Shown here piece after piece: positions 23,309-36,580 of a stretch of DNA of 64,000 nucleotides. The position numbers and the translations under genes are program-made. The notes beneath the pieces are model-generated. The model was not told the origin of the DNA. It saw only the letters and a program-made list of their open reading frames with translations, and searched no databases. This stretch comes from an uncultured Candidatus Peribacteria bacterium. Lineage in GTDB: Bacteria; Patescibacteriota; Gracilibacteria; Absconditabacterales; Absconditicoccaceae. The DNA lies in NCBI GenBank assembly GCA_964469925.1, contig CAYXZL010000003.1, positions 40,448 through 104,447 of the forward strand, in the 5' to 3' direction. Position 1 is the stretch's first letter. Each line of letters begins with the position of its first letter.

Positions 23309-24423
23309 CACGCAGGTTGGCAAAGTGTTTGTTCTACCAAGTCACCGTCAATGTATTCTTCCTTCTGTGAGAGCTCATGAACGAAGGGAACGTCATGAAG
23401 CCACCAATCAATGTGCTTACTCACTTTTTCTTGTAAGTCATGTTGACTGAGAGTTCATTGTTTTACCTGACTACGTAAAGTGGCATAGTCACAAGGATCA
23501 AACTTATCGTTTCTAACGAGTCAGTCGTTTTTCGCGTTATTAACACATTCTTGTGAACAAAATCACAAATGCTTTCTGTATGCTTTGGGGGTTGCTATAA
23601 TGCGTGCGTTGCAAGGACTATATCTACAGTTTTCACAGTTGTCAGTTTTGTTTCAGCTATAAATACATCTGCCTATCGTCTGATGGGTGGTTTTATCTCC
23701 AACCATCATACTGACTCTGCCATCAAAAGTATAAAGATTCCCCAACCGATTCCCATCGTTGAAGCTATTCACATATTTCATCACTCAACCATCAAGTTGA
23801 TAGACCTGGTCGATTCCAAACTCTCTCATCATGACAGTAGCTTTTTCACACCTAATCCCACCAGTACAATAGGTAACCACCTTTTTCCCCTCAAATTTTT
23901 TCTTGTACAAGTCGATGTACTGATCCAATTCTCTAAAATTAATCGTTCAGGCTGGTATAGCATTCTTGAAGTGCCCGAGTTTATATTCGTAGGTATTTCT
24001 CATGTCGAGGATCACATAATCATCAGTATTGCTATCCATAATGTTTTTAAATTCCTCGATTGATATCCTCTGACCGCCATGTGCGATGGTTTGTGCAGAA
24101 TACGTTTTCCCCAAAGCGACAATCTCTGCACGATATTTCACGATCATTTTAGAAAAACAGTGTCATGGGACAGTAGTTGCCTTGATGTCGATGTCGGCAA
24201 TGTCGTAAAAGTAGGGGTTTTGCTGGAGGTACTGTTTATAAGCCCAAAGTTGTCGGGCATTCCCAGTGACAGTAGAACTGATTCATTCTTCACCTATGTA
24301 AACCCTTCACTGTAGACCAATATCGTGACAAAATGCTTTATGCTCAATGACCTGTCATTGAGGGTCGCTAACATCAACAAACTTGTAAAAGGTCAAAAGT
24401 TGGAAAGTCGACTTGTGTCTCAT
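23305..24423 (-). CDS. trhO: rhodanese-domain tRNA uridine(34) hydroxylase (UPF0176/YceA family), 372 aa
   Basis: LLTFYKFVDVSDP N-terminus, rhodanese block YVILDMRNTYEYKLGHFKNAI and active-site loop YCTGGIRCEKA, followed by a Cys-rich C-terminus. Confidence 0.8.
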
Positions 24424-24573
24424 CGGTGAAGTGAAAATAAAGCAAGAGAAACATGCACATATGTAAATAGGTATTGGACCGCAAAAAGCAACAAGATGTC
24501 AAGTTGACATTGCAAGGTAGTAGCAAAATCATAGACTTGCGAAGACTAAGGTTTTACAGAATAAAGAAGTGTC

Positions 24574-25002
24574 ATGCGAACAGTCATAAGAAGGGCGATT
24601 TTCCTCACCGTCATAGCACTGGTAGTATATGGCGTACTATTGCGAATTAGCCCAAATGCAGCTCAAAAGGCTGAAGAGCGAATTGCCTGACTAGATATTC
24701 CCTTCACCACCAAAACATCTTCCAATACTGCAATCAAAGAATTGCTACAAAAAGAAGCAGATGAGATAGAAGCATCACAAGAAGACAACCAAGACGCCAA
24801 AACTTTCAAGGGAACGATAAGTCTCAGTTGATCTGTCGAGTCTGGAACAATAAAATGAGTGATGGAAAAAGACTCCAGAGAAAAAGAATCAAACGATGCT
24901 GTGCCAATAAACTCATACGCAGAAAACCAAACAAAGAATACTAAACTCTCAGAAGAAGACAAAAAAAAGATAGAAGAAATGATCTATAGTCTTATAAAGT
25001 AA
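24574..25002 (+). CDS. N-terminally membrane-anchored hypothetical protein, 142 aa
   Basis: ATG to TAA with 3 sense TGA. One TM helix (AIFLTVIALVVYGVLL) is followed by a charged region. The listed minus ORF 24663..24962 is antisense to it. Confidence 0.5.
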
Positions 25003-25029
25003 CCAAGACTTTTATACTCACACCAATTG

Positions 25030-26451
25030 ATGAATCTAACACTTAGCTCCTATATACAATCCTGCAAAAAAGGAGAGCTCACCCCAAAAGATGTACGAAA
25101 CTATTATATCAACAAGGCACAAAAAGAGAACCAAGAACTGAACGCATTTGCTTCTATTCAGTCAGACTATGCTGAAAGAAATTTTGACGCCCTAGTAAAG
25201 AATCCTTTTTATTGAGCACCAATCGGCATAAAAGATAATATTCTGACTAAAGGATACATCGCAGGAGCATGTTCAAATATGCTCAAAGAGTATGTTTCCA
25301 CCTATAGTGCAACCTGTTTTTCGAAGCTGGAAGAAAGAGGGGCATGTATGATCGGAAAAACAAATATGGACGAATTCGCAATGTGAGCAAGTAGTGAGTA
25401 TTCATCGCACGGGGTGACCAAAAACCCATATGATACGACAAGGGTTGCCTGAGGGACTTCATGATGATCTGCAGCCGCAGTCGCCGCAGATTTGTGTGTG
25501 GCGGCATTAGGAACTGATACAGGATGAAGTGTACGTATGCCAGCAGCCTTATGTGGCGTTGTATGATGCAAGCCAACCTATGGTCGCATATCAAGATATG
25601 GAGTGATAGCTATGGCATCATCGTTCGATCAAGTAGGTACGCTAACCAAAACAGTTGAGGATGCTGAGATCTTATTAGAAACAATGTCGTGATATGATCT
25701 TCATGACAGCACGAGTATAGCATCACAATCCACCAGTAATCGATCAGAATCACTAAAAAAGGGTGTAAAAGGTATGCGTATAGCATTGCCAGAAGAGTTT
25801 ATGGCCACTGGACTCCATCCAGCTATCAGGGAGAGAGTAGAACAGACCGTAAGGCAGTTACAATCAATGGGAGCGATCGTAGAGATGGTGAAGTTACCAC
25901 TACTAAGGTATGCCCTAGCAGTCTATTACGTACTAGTACCTGCAGAAGTAAGTACTAATCTATCAAAATACGATTGAATAAGATATGGAGAGCAGGGGAA
26001 TACTTTCGAGTATGAAGAGTTTCATGATTATACGACTACGATGAGATCACGTAATCTTGGACCAGAAGTGAAAAGAAGGATCCTAACATGAGTATATGTG
26101 ATGAGTAGTGCTAACTATGATGGCTATTTCTTGAAGGCACAAAAAGTGAGGATGTTGATTAAGAAAGAAATGGACAACATATTCTCCCAGTATGATCTCA
26201 TTATCGGACCAACCTCACCAGAGCCAGCACGAGAGATAGGTGAAAAGGCAAAAGACCCACTCAGGATGTATTTAGCAGATGTCTACACAGTACTAGCAAA
26301 TATAGTATGACTGCCGGCAATTTCGGTTCCGTCAGGAACGATCAATGAAGCTGGTAAGGATTTGCCAGTCGGCATACAACTCATAGCAAACCAACGAAGA
26401 GAGGATCTGATGTTCACCGGAGCTACAGCCATTGAGTCAATATACAGCTAA
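25030..26451 (+). CDS. gatA: Glu-tRNA(Gln)/Asp-tRNA(Asn) amidotransferase subunit A, 473 aa
   Basis: Amidase signature GGSSGGSAAAVA, with several of its glycines written as [13 protein letters not shown] and GTDTGGSVR are present. Fragments 25027, 25774 and 26098 are in the same frame. Confidence 0.9.
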
Positions 26452-26463
26452 AAACCAAGGACC

Positions 26464-27096
26464 ATGATGAAATACAAAACAATACAAGGGCATGCCGTCC
26501 GAGAAATACCCAAAATAAAAGGTTCGCGTTTTATCGCATACGCCTATTCATTAGAGGACCAAACACAAGTAAAGCCAATACTAGCTGATTTAGAGGGGCT
26601 ACATCCTCAAGCCACCCACATATGTTATGCATATCGTAGTAATGTTGCTCTCCAAACGGACGTATTCGGTAATCAAACAATTACAGCAGGCTCACAGCGT
26701 TCTTACGATGCAGGAGAGCCAACCTATACAGCATGAAAACCCGTAGAACGCACTTTGCAATCATACAAATTAGAAAATATCTTGATTGCGGTTGTGCGCT
26801 ATTTTTGAGGTACCCAGCTCGGCATCGGGGGACTAATAAAAGCTTACTGACAGGCTGCAGAAGCTGTAATTTCTCAGTCAGTAATCGTTGAGCAGGAGAT
26901 AACAATCAAAACCAACTGCTATTTCCCTTTGTCAGATTTGGGCGTGTTTTTGCACACAGTAGAAGGTAAAAAGCGAGGTTATCACTATCATATTGTTGTT
27001 GATCGCGTAGAGGCAAATATAACCTGTGCGGTGTCAGAGAAAGAGAACATGAAAACTATGCTATCTAAACACATACTCTCTCTGACATGGTCATAA
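26464..27096 (+). CDS. yigZ: IMPACT/YigZ (UPF0029) family protein, 210 aa
   Basis: IKGSRFIAYA, HICYAY, DAGEP and VVRYFGGTQLGIGGL are the N-terminal IMPACT domain strings. Confidence 0.8.
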
Positions 27097-27158
27097 ATTG
27101 CAAAATCATCAAGAGCTGATTACACTAACTACGGTGAGTATTTGTGTTGTTTGTTACG

Positions 27159-27629
27159 ATGAAAAAATCCTTTAATCGACTATTGTGTCTGACTATTATT
27201 ATTGTTTCTACGAGCATAGTGCATGCTCAATGATGGGGAAAATATTGATCAGACCCGATGCGTGTATTGGATGCAGTTGCCAGTGAGGCAAATGACGAGT
27301 ACAAAATACAAGACACACAGCTAGATGACGTTTCTCCTCTGCAAGGGTCATACCCTGCACAATATAGACTTGCAAACACACTTGATGCGTTAAGAAAAAA
27401 TATCGGTCCCTATCTTGATCGAGCATTTTTTGTCGGTTTGGCAGTCGCCGTCATGATGATCATATACAATGGTTTCTTATTGGTGACCCACACAGTACAC
27501 GGAGAGGGAGAATGGTGAGAAACAAAGAAAAGATTGATAAATGTCGTATTGGGGGTCATTGTACTGACAGGGGTCTACGCAATTCTAAAAATTGTCCTAT
27601 CGCTCATTGGTTTAGTGTTTTCCTCATAA
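27159..27629 (+). CDS. VirB2/TrbC-like pilin-type membrane protein, 156 aa
   Basis: Signal peptide ending VHAQG, a soluble segment, then TM - short charged loop (HGEGEWGETKKR) - TM, which is the VirB2/TrbC topology. No sequence-level proof. Confidence 0.45.
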
Positions 27630-27632
27630 CAC

Positions 27633-28532
27633 ATGCAAAAAAAAACACGGAAATACTGATGAATAGCCATATTAGGGTTATTGATGGGAACGAGTGCGTT
27701 CGCTCAAGCTCCGAGTTTTGATGATTTCGCAGGCGGTTTGAGTCAGTGATCGGAAAAAGTCTACACAATTGAAGGCGTTGATCCCAATAAAAGTCTGCAA
27801 GACAACCTCATAACTCTTTTTTACCCCGATGTTACAGGTAATAAATCAGTATTGTGGCAATATATCCGTATTATAGGGGTGTGACTGTTTGTGCTATTTA
27901 TGATTTTCAATGCAACGAACTTATTATTGAGTGGCAGTGATGAATCTAAGGTAAAATCATCATTGCAAAATATCTGAGTAGCTTTTGTAGGTGCCTTACT
28001 CTATTTTGGTGCCGTATGGATTGTCGGGATAGCACTCAATCTCACTGCAAGCGGACCAGCGCAAGATATCATCGCAAACGTACAGCAGAGAGTACTCTTC
28101 CAGGTCTTGCTTTTCCTCAAGGCAGCAGCATTTTTCGCAGCAATTATAGCCCTCATAGTAGCATGATTAAAAGTGATGGCTGCAATGGATCAAGAGGATA
28201 AGGTAAAGGCCGCAAGACGCTGATTTCTCAATATCATCATTGCGTTAGTGTTTATTAAGGTCATAGACTTCCTCTATTTGATTGCACAGAAAAGTAGCTT
28301 TGCATCAGACGCAACAGCAGTAATTATAAGCATTGCCAAGATTGTGTGACGAATTATTGGTGCAGCACTAGTGATAGCGGTGATCGTGGCTGGCTATCTA
28401 TTTATCACTGACAGCGGTAGCGGTGATGGGGCAAAAAAAGGGAAAAATATTATTATAACAGTATTTTTCGTATGATTAACAATATTCTTATTCCTGCTTA
28501 TTATATACCAACTCTTAGTGCAGTTTGGGTAA
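27633..28532 (+). CDS. polytopic membrane protein built of three tandem TM-charged loop-TM hairpins, 299 aa
   Basis: Signal peptide, then three repeats of helix - short Asp/Lys/Gly loop - helix (loops SGSDESKVKSS, AAMDQEDKVKAARRG, TDSGSGDGAKKGKN). Starts 4 nt after the preceding stop. Confidence 0.55.
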
Positions 28533-28559
28533 GAATATAGATGTCAGAAAAAAACAAAA

Positions 28560-28583
28560 AACTCCCTGCCGAAGCCGAGAGTT
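28560..28583 (-). terminator. intrinsic terminator of atpD (possibly bidirectional)
   Basis: AACTC(C)C(T)GC-CGAA-GC(C)G(A)GAGTT stem with two mismatches, followed on the minus strand by TTTTTGTTTTTTT. Lies 30 nt past the atpD stop. Confidence 0.55.
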
Positions 28584-28612
28584 GTGATCAGGACGAAAGT
28601 TAAGAAAAAAAA

Positions 28613-30019
<1,407 letters not shown>

Positions 30020-30165
30020 TGTTTTTTTAATACAAAAAAATAAAGAAGTCTTTACAAAGGATACTACTATTACTGTACCAAAATGCAACTAGCAAATAAT
30101 AATTCAAAACACCTGATCGGACATGAAAACACCAATTTCATCTCACACAAAAGCACTTACGGCAC

Positions 30166-30420
30166 CTATCTAGCCATAAGTGTCACGGCTAACGCACCAG
30201 GTACATCAAGGTCGTACAGCACTTCTCCCGTGTAGAAGGTGTTTCACATATGAATAGGAGTTTGCGGGTCGACCTGCTGTCAGGCGGTTTTAGCTTTGTA
30301 AGTAAGGAAAAGTCATTCAACAACAGTTGCTGCAATCGGATAGGCAATAGGACTGGCATCTCGGTTAGTATCATGGAGAAGTTGGATTTCATCAAGGGAG
30401 ATTGAGAGCATAGAGGACAT
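30166..30420 (-). CDS. hypothetical protein, 84 aa
   Basis: ATG to TAG frame with 3 sense TGA and a protein-like composition (MSSMLSISLDEIQLLHDTNRDASPIAYPIAATVVEG...). Sits between atpD and the gene at 30535. Confidence 0.3.
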
Positions 30421-30534
30421 GTGTGTAAGAAGAGAATATGTAAGATAAAACAGTACTATACATACCCTAAACCTACCACAGAGGTTATTTGAATGGTGAG
30501 GGTAGGTGGTACATATCGAAGTAGAAGATCAGAA

Positions 30535-30924
30535 TTAGAATCATTTATTTCCAGCTTTTGGCTTTTGTTTGTCGGTTCTTGCAGCAGCCTCATCCTCATT
30601 GACATAGTCTATGAAGTGCTGGACTGCATATAGCAAATTGGAAAAAACTCATGTACGAGTTTCGTAGACAACAAGTTCTTTGTTAAGCAGCTCATCTGTA
30701 ACCTCGTTGGCAGGCACGTCACCAAGGACATCTGCAAGACGATTATCAATATTGTGCAAATGACGATCTGCAGTACCGAGGTGAGATTGAGCAAAATATT
30801 TCTTGTCGCAGTTAAAAAAATCATGAGATTTAGCTCTCTCTAAGACATCGGCTATATCAGAAACATCACCGTAAGTAAGATTGTCAGGAATTTTACTTTC
30901 ATCAAAATTAAATTCGATAGGCAT
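30535..30924 (-). CDS. hypothetical protein, 129 aa
   Basis: ORF 30649..30924 extends through TGA to TAA at 30535-30537. Acidic, no recognised motif. Confidence 0.55.
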
Positions 30925-31135
30925 GAGCAGCAGAAGAAAACTAAAATATAGGATCCGTAGCGTAGGTTAAAATAATAGTACAATAATAATGAAGAAAAGA
31001 AAGTCAATGGTGTTTAAGATTACTTTAAGATTGGTATCTATACTGACAAACCGTATTTTTCATAGCATTGAACCTATCTTTGACTACAAACAGGATACAG
31101 CCACATCTTCGTCTCCATAAGAAATAACCTGATAG

Positions 31136-32356
31136 ATGAAACTACACACCTCGACCCGTCTAAGTGTCCAATTTACCGCGGTGGCAACGATACTGGTGCT
31201 AGTTTTTGCTATTGGCATCAATATGCTTTTCCTCTCCATGTGGATGAGTAATGAGCAGAAAACATTAAACATAACTGTCAGCCGCCCACTACCACAGAGA
31301 CTTTTTGACAGAGTGGGGGCAAGAGTACGTAGTTTCCCTATCGATGACCCGCGTATACAGGACCTGATCCAGCATCGCTGGTACAAAAACATTATTCACA
31401 ATGGGGATGAACGGTATCTCTACAAGGTAGATCCACTTATGGTGACATTGGTAGATATTACACCACAGGTCGAGAGGCAACTAGACTTGGTGCGTCTTAG
31501 TCTGATAGGGATCATTCTATTTGCATTGATCAGTTACGGTGTATCAAGACGGTTCACGCGTCAAGCGTTGTCGGATATCCAAAAGCTAGCAAGCTTTGTC
31601 AATACGCTTGATCTCGATTCTCTCAATCAACGTATCCAGTTTGATCATGTACCAGAAGACGACGAAATAGCCGTGTTGGCAGAAACAATCTATAGCATGA
31701 ATAAAAAAATCCATGATCAGGTAGCTGCTATCAAAAGTTTTGTATCACATGTATCTCATGAGTTCAGGACGCCTTTTATGGTCATGCAAAGCGATAGTGA
31801 GCTGGCACTCAAGACCAAAAAGTACAAAGAAGGTCTAGATAACAATCTCCAAACGATCACGCAGCTCAATGGTTTGTTGGAGAGCCTTATAAGCCTAACC
31901 AAGGCTGAAAGTGCAAAGTTGGTCAAAACAATGGTCTGAGTAGGGGAGTTAGTAGAGTTGGCGACCAGGCAGGCAGAACTTCGTTACGACAAAATGATTC
32001 GCAAAAAGATAATGGTAGATACCTCACTCACTATCAAGGCAGACAAAAACGCACTTACAAGCATCATCTCCAATATCATAGACAATGCTTACAAGTATAC
32101 ACCTCCAACGGGTACGATTACTATCACAGCAAACGCAAAGATGATACGCATCGAAGACACGGGCAAAGGAGTTTCTACAAAGGACATACATCATATTCGA
32201 GATGAGTTTTGGCAGGCAGACGATTCAAGGTGAGTGGATACATGATTTGGATTGTGACTCAGTCTTGTAAAAAAATTGGTAAGTTTACACGGTCGACGTA
32301 TCACAGTCCAAAGCGAAAAAAAGAGGTGAACATGCTTTACAATATATTGGTCCTAA
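31136..32356 (+). CDS. sensor histidine kinase (two TM helices, HisKA, HATPase_c), 406 aa
   Basis: H-box SHVSHEFRTPF, N-box IIDNAYKYT, G-boxes EDTGKGV and GFGLGLSLV (glycines as TGA). Fragments 31136 and 31958 are in the same frame. Confidence 0.85.
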
Positions 32357-32359
32357 TAT

Positions 32360-33016
32360 ATGAACTATCTGTGTTTGGTCGAGGACAATGAGCGTATCGG
32401 TGCAAATACCAAAGCGTATCTGGAGTCAGAAGGATTCAGTGTTGATCGGGAAAAAGATGGAGCAAAGGCCTGGGCTGCCATACAGCACAAAAGCTATGAT
32501 GTAATCATAGTAGATATCATGCTACCAGGTATGAACGGAATACATCTCTGTCAGAAAATAAGATTATCAAGACAGATACCCATTATCATGACCACAGCCA
32601 AAGGACAGTTGGAAGACAAGGCCGAGGCATTTGACTGTGGAGCGGACGACTATTTGGTAAAACCCTTCGCACTCGAAGAACTGGTGATGCGTATTCGTGC
32701 TCTTCTCAAAAGAACTGAGGTAGTAGATATTGTTCGTATTGGTGATGTAGAGGTCCTAGTAGACGATAATATCGTGAAAAAAGCAGGAAGAGAGGTTCAT
32801 CTTACGACCAAAGAGTTTCTGATTCTCAATTATTTAATCGATACAATGCCACACGTAGCTTCCAGGAGCGATATTCTAGATTTTGTGTGGTGATCAGACG
32901 GTCTCTGGGATAATGATGCAAAACTTGATGTCTATATAGCGAACTTGAGGAAAAAATTAGGAAAAAACCTGATACAGACAGTAAAGGGCGTGGGCTACAA
33001 GATAGCACGTTCGTAA
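32360..33016 (+). CDS. OmpR/PhoB-family response regulator, 218 aa
   Basis: Receiver motifs LVEDN, DVIIVDIMLPGMNG and DDYLVKPF. Winged-helix LTTKEFLILNYL ... VKGVGYKI. Starts 4 nt after the kinase stop. Confidence 0.9.
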
Positions 33017-33134
33017 AAAAACAAACATGCCCCTCATTGGCACAAGCAAAATAATCGCAGTTCAAAGTGCTGTTGAAAATGTTTAATAAGTTGAAAACAG
33101 AACGAGCAAGCAAACATGATGAACGAATCGGAAA

Positions 33135-34430
33135 CTAGAAGTGTATCGTGTGAGTTTCTTGTCAATGAGAAAAAGCAATGGAAACAAAATAGATGCCTTG
33201 GAGGCTGATGTACTGTGAGGGGTTTCGTTGTCATGTTGGAGGATTGGAAAAGGTCTGCGTATACACCACAGTACCACCGCTAGAAACAATAGTGATAGTG
33301 CAGGGTCAGGAACAGTCAGGACCAAAAACAATCGATGTACCAGCAGTAGAAGTACAAAAATTGGGACTAGTCGTACTGGTTTGTGCAGTATCCACTACTA
33401 CATCTTCACAAGGGGGGAGAGCAAGTAAATCGTTAAGAGTAGATTGTGCAGTAGCAATACTTTGTTCGACATGAGTGACAAGTTGTGTGGTAGTAGTGAC
33501 CCGAGGGGCATGAGGATCACACCCTGTTTCCTCCTCGTATCTGGTCAAGGCCTGTTGCCAGCGTGCATTAGCCTCAGAGATTCTCGATGATCGGTCACTG
33601 GCAAGTTCATTACGATCAACTCTAATGATCCAATCACCAAAATGCATGGTATCTTGGCAGTTTTTGGCAGCATCGAACAGACCATATTCGCCAGAGGCAA
33701 TAGTAAACATATCGAGTCTAGGAATAAAGCTAGCAAACAGTAAGGCAGTTTCTGGGTATGATAGGATGCGGTGACCATATTCCAAAGTAGCCAAAGCATC
33801 GGATGAATCAGGGACAGACGACAAGTCTAGAGTAGAAGAAAGTGGCCCTACATATACAGTGTCAGGAGCACCTTTGTTGCCATAGCCTCCAGTTGTGTAC
33901 ACAAACTCTACTCAGTCAGGACTCAAGCCAGTCACGTTACAAAAAAGGGCTAAACCTTGAGGCACAGGAACAGGATCTAGCATAGTAGAATCTCCATTGT
34001 CGACGTCAGACTCAAGCTGTAATGCGTAGGATCTTTGCTGACGATCTAAATCGCCTGCCCTATCTCACAAGCTATCAAGTGCTAGTTGGACACTGGCACA
34101 GCTGGGTATGAGATTGCCTCTGGGGTTAAAACACCTCTCGTACGTGGCAACAGGCAAGGAATCGAGAGATCAAGTTTCTGTATTAAAAACCACATAGAGC
34201 TCTTCTGCCTTGGCGACCGCAAGCGAGTCACCTAATCCAAGATCAGTGCCATCAGAAGCGATAGGCCTTGTAGTACTACAAAGATGCCCACGATAAAATT
34301 TTTTGGAAGGTTTGCATCCGAACACAGCAATGAGTGCGAGTAACGCCAAAGTAATGACAATGCGGCTTGAATGACCATTATTTCAAGAAGCTGCCGAACG
34401 AGGGTGAGCACGCATAACAAAGAAATGCAT
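33135..34430 (-). CDS. secreted protein, probable lipoprotein, 431 aa
   Basis: N-terminus RIVITLALLALIAVFGC is lipobox-like. ORF 33306..33902 extends both ways across TGA. Thr/Ser-rich linker near the C-terminus. Confidence 0.6.
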
Positions 34431-34699
34431 AAAATAATCACGTATCACACACAAAATTTGGGATACAGACCTCATTGCATCAAGATCTTGGATCGCAGGA
34501 GTGACGTCATCAAATCTTCTTCCCTCAATGTTTGAGGGCACAAATTATAACAGGCACAATAGACAATAGTACGGGAAAGTCAAGAGAGAGGATTGGTAAA
34601 AATATAGTGACTTTTATGGATTAATGTCTATGATAAAAACATGAAATTATGATTGTCTCCAGGTAGTACAGGTGTTATTTTAGCCAATAGGTAAATAAC

Positions 34700-35755
34700 A
34701 TGAACACGAGCTACGGAATGATAGCGGTATTGGTTGTTTCCTTAGCATTATGATCAAGTAGCTGTGCCGTGTTGGACAAACTCCAACCAAGACTGCAGCA
34801 AGCGCTAAAACAAGATCACATCAATATACCACAACCAGACCCTCAGTGGCTGGAGTGGGTAAGTGATCTTCACGCAGTGTTGCTCCACCATAAGGGAGAA
34901 GGAGTAGATATCGATATGTTGCTAAAACTGAATAATCCCATTGTACAGGCTGTCTTTTGATCAAAGTTTCGCCAGCTCGATCAACACGAACAAGATGCTA
35001 TCATCCAAACATGGCAGTTATTGTGTGAAATCTCATGACTAGGGAGAGATGATGTTCCATATATGGATCACGTAGCAGCCAAAGTATTGTATCTACAAAA
35101 TCTTGTTGATCGACCAAGCATAAAAACAAAACAAAAAGCCAAAAGAAGTCACTATGGTCAAACTCTAAACAGACTAGTACTCAAAAAAAACAATACAATA
35201 CAAGTGGGTGCACGACACCATCCACTACCGCCACTGTTTGATAGACGGCTTGAAGAGATGTCCCATGCTTTTCAATACAAGGTACAGAAAATCGACATAG
35301 CGAGTAATACGGTGATTTGTGTTGCTAGACACGGTTTCCCCTATAGTAAACAGTACAAGACACCATGAACACTTGAGTATCATGCACACACCATCATACA
35401 GCCACAGTTGTGATATTACCTATTCTCTGATAAATCAACCATCGATATCATCCACCAAGAGGCAATGAAGCATCTAGAGAGGGGAGAGATGAGGTGACTG
35501 GTCTCGCTCAGAGATATATTGGTATACCATCTCATCGTGGGAGACGAGCAGTGAGCTGACTACATTACACGTATTATTCATCACTTACAAGAATATGCCC
35601 GTAATAATCCATTGGTAAGCCCAAGTCGCATAGTGGAGTATATGACCACAATAGGCGACCCCAAAACCTGCGAAACAGCGATTGACGAAGAACTAATCCC
35701 ACGAGAGCTAAAGCAGTATATCCAAAACTATATATGTGAAAAATTTTCATTATAA
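34700..35755 (+). CDS. secreted protein (signal peptide, possible lipoprotein), 351 aa
   Basis: MNTSYGMIAVLVVSLALGSSSC N-terminus. Fragments 34769 and 35063 are in the same frame. TAA at 35753-35755. Confidence 0.6.
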
Positions 35756-35759
35756 AAAA

Positions 35760-35777
35760 GCTACCTCGTGGAGGAGC
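35760..35777. terminator. shared hairpin between convergent genes (GCTaCCTC-GTG-GAGGAGC)
   Basis: 7-bp stem with one bulge. A-run upstream and CTTTCT downstream, so it can serve both the plus gene ending at 35755 and the minus gene ending at 35816. Confidence 0.4.
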
Positions 35778-35815
35778 CTTTCTAGAAACTGATATATGGA
35801 TGACGACCAAACCAA

Positions 35816-36499
35816 CTAGTTGGAGAGAGAGTTGTGTACTCTATACAGCAAGATAGCAATATCTCACCTACTGATACTCTGATCATAATTTCTTTTATCC
35901 CTCATCGGCAGTCAGTACATAACCCCCTCAGCAGTTAAGACATCATAATAGTTATCAGCCCAATGTCACTGAGTCTCGTCTTTTTTACCATCAAGTATCC
36001 TCGCCATGACAGTGATGGCCTGTGCGTTGGTAATAGAAGCGGTTGGCAAAAACTTCCCTTGTGCTCCATAAAACAATCATGCTTCACAACTACTTCTGAC
36101 CACTTCAATCAAGTCACTATGAGCCTGTGCCAGGTCTGGAAAGTCACAGTTGCTATTGACCGTAGATAGTGAGAGAGAGGACTCAGCAGTAACGAAACGA
36201 TAAAACATAGTAGCTGCTTCATCTCTCCTAATAGGCTGATCAGGCATAAAGCTCTCAACTGTGTTAAATTTAGTGATTTTCATGTCGTAGATTGCTGCTA
36301 TAGCCTTAGCGAGTTCTTCAGTGTCATTCCCATACTTGTATATACTCTCCTGTTCCCGCTGAGCCAGTTCATCATCTAAGAGCTTGAAGATTTGGTTGAG
36401 CATATCATTTTCTGTCTGTGTCGTCTGTGCATAGCTAAGACCAATTCGTGAACTAGTGAGTATAAGAAGACTAAGGATGGAAGAGACGATCGTACGCAT
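35816..36499 (-). CDS. secreted protein with S-layer-homology-like repeats, 227 aa
   Basis: Signal peptide MRTIVSSILSLLILTSS...AQ. FMPDQPIRRDEAATMFYRF and FLPTASITNAQAITVMARIL resemble SLH repeat cores. Confidence 0.5.
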
Positions 36500-36580
36500 G
36501 AGATTGGAATGAAAATCTAAAGAGAAAACACCTGCTTCATTATTAGTTATTTGCACCAGTCACTACTTTTACAGACTACG

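Noticed and set aside
24424-24573. TTGACA hexamer upstream of the gene at 24574, considered as a sigma-70-type -35 box
   Set aside because: No convincing -10 hexamer lies at 16-18 nt spacing (best candidates match 3 of 6), and CPR promoter consensus is not established. Not reported as a feature.
30021-30534. About 500-nt region upstream of atpD considered as a structured RNA (AAGGAAAAGTC resembles the RNase P P4 strand; also checked for tmRNA ends)
   Set aside because: The partner P4 strand (ACAGAA..GGCTTA-like) is not at a compatible distance, and there is no tRNA-like 3-prime end. The region is better explained by an 84-codon ORF plus spacer. A covariance-model scan would settle it.
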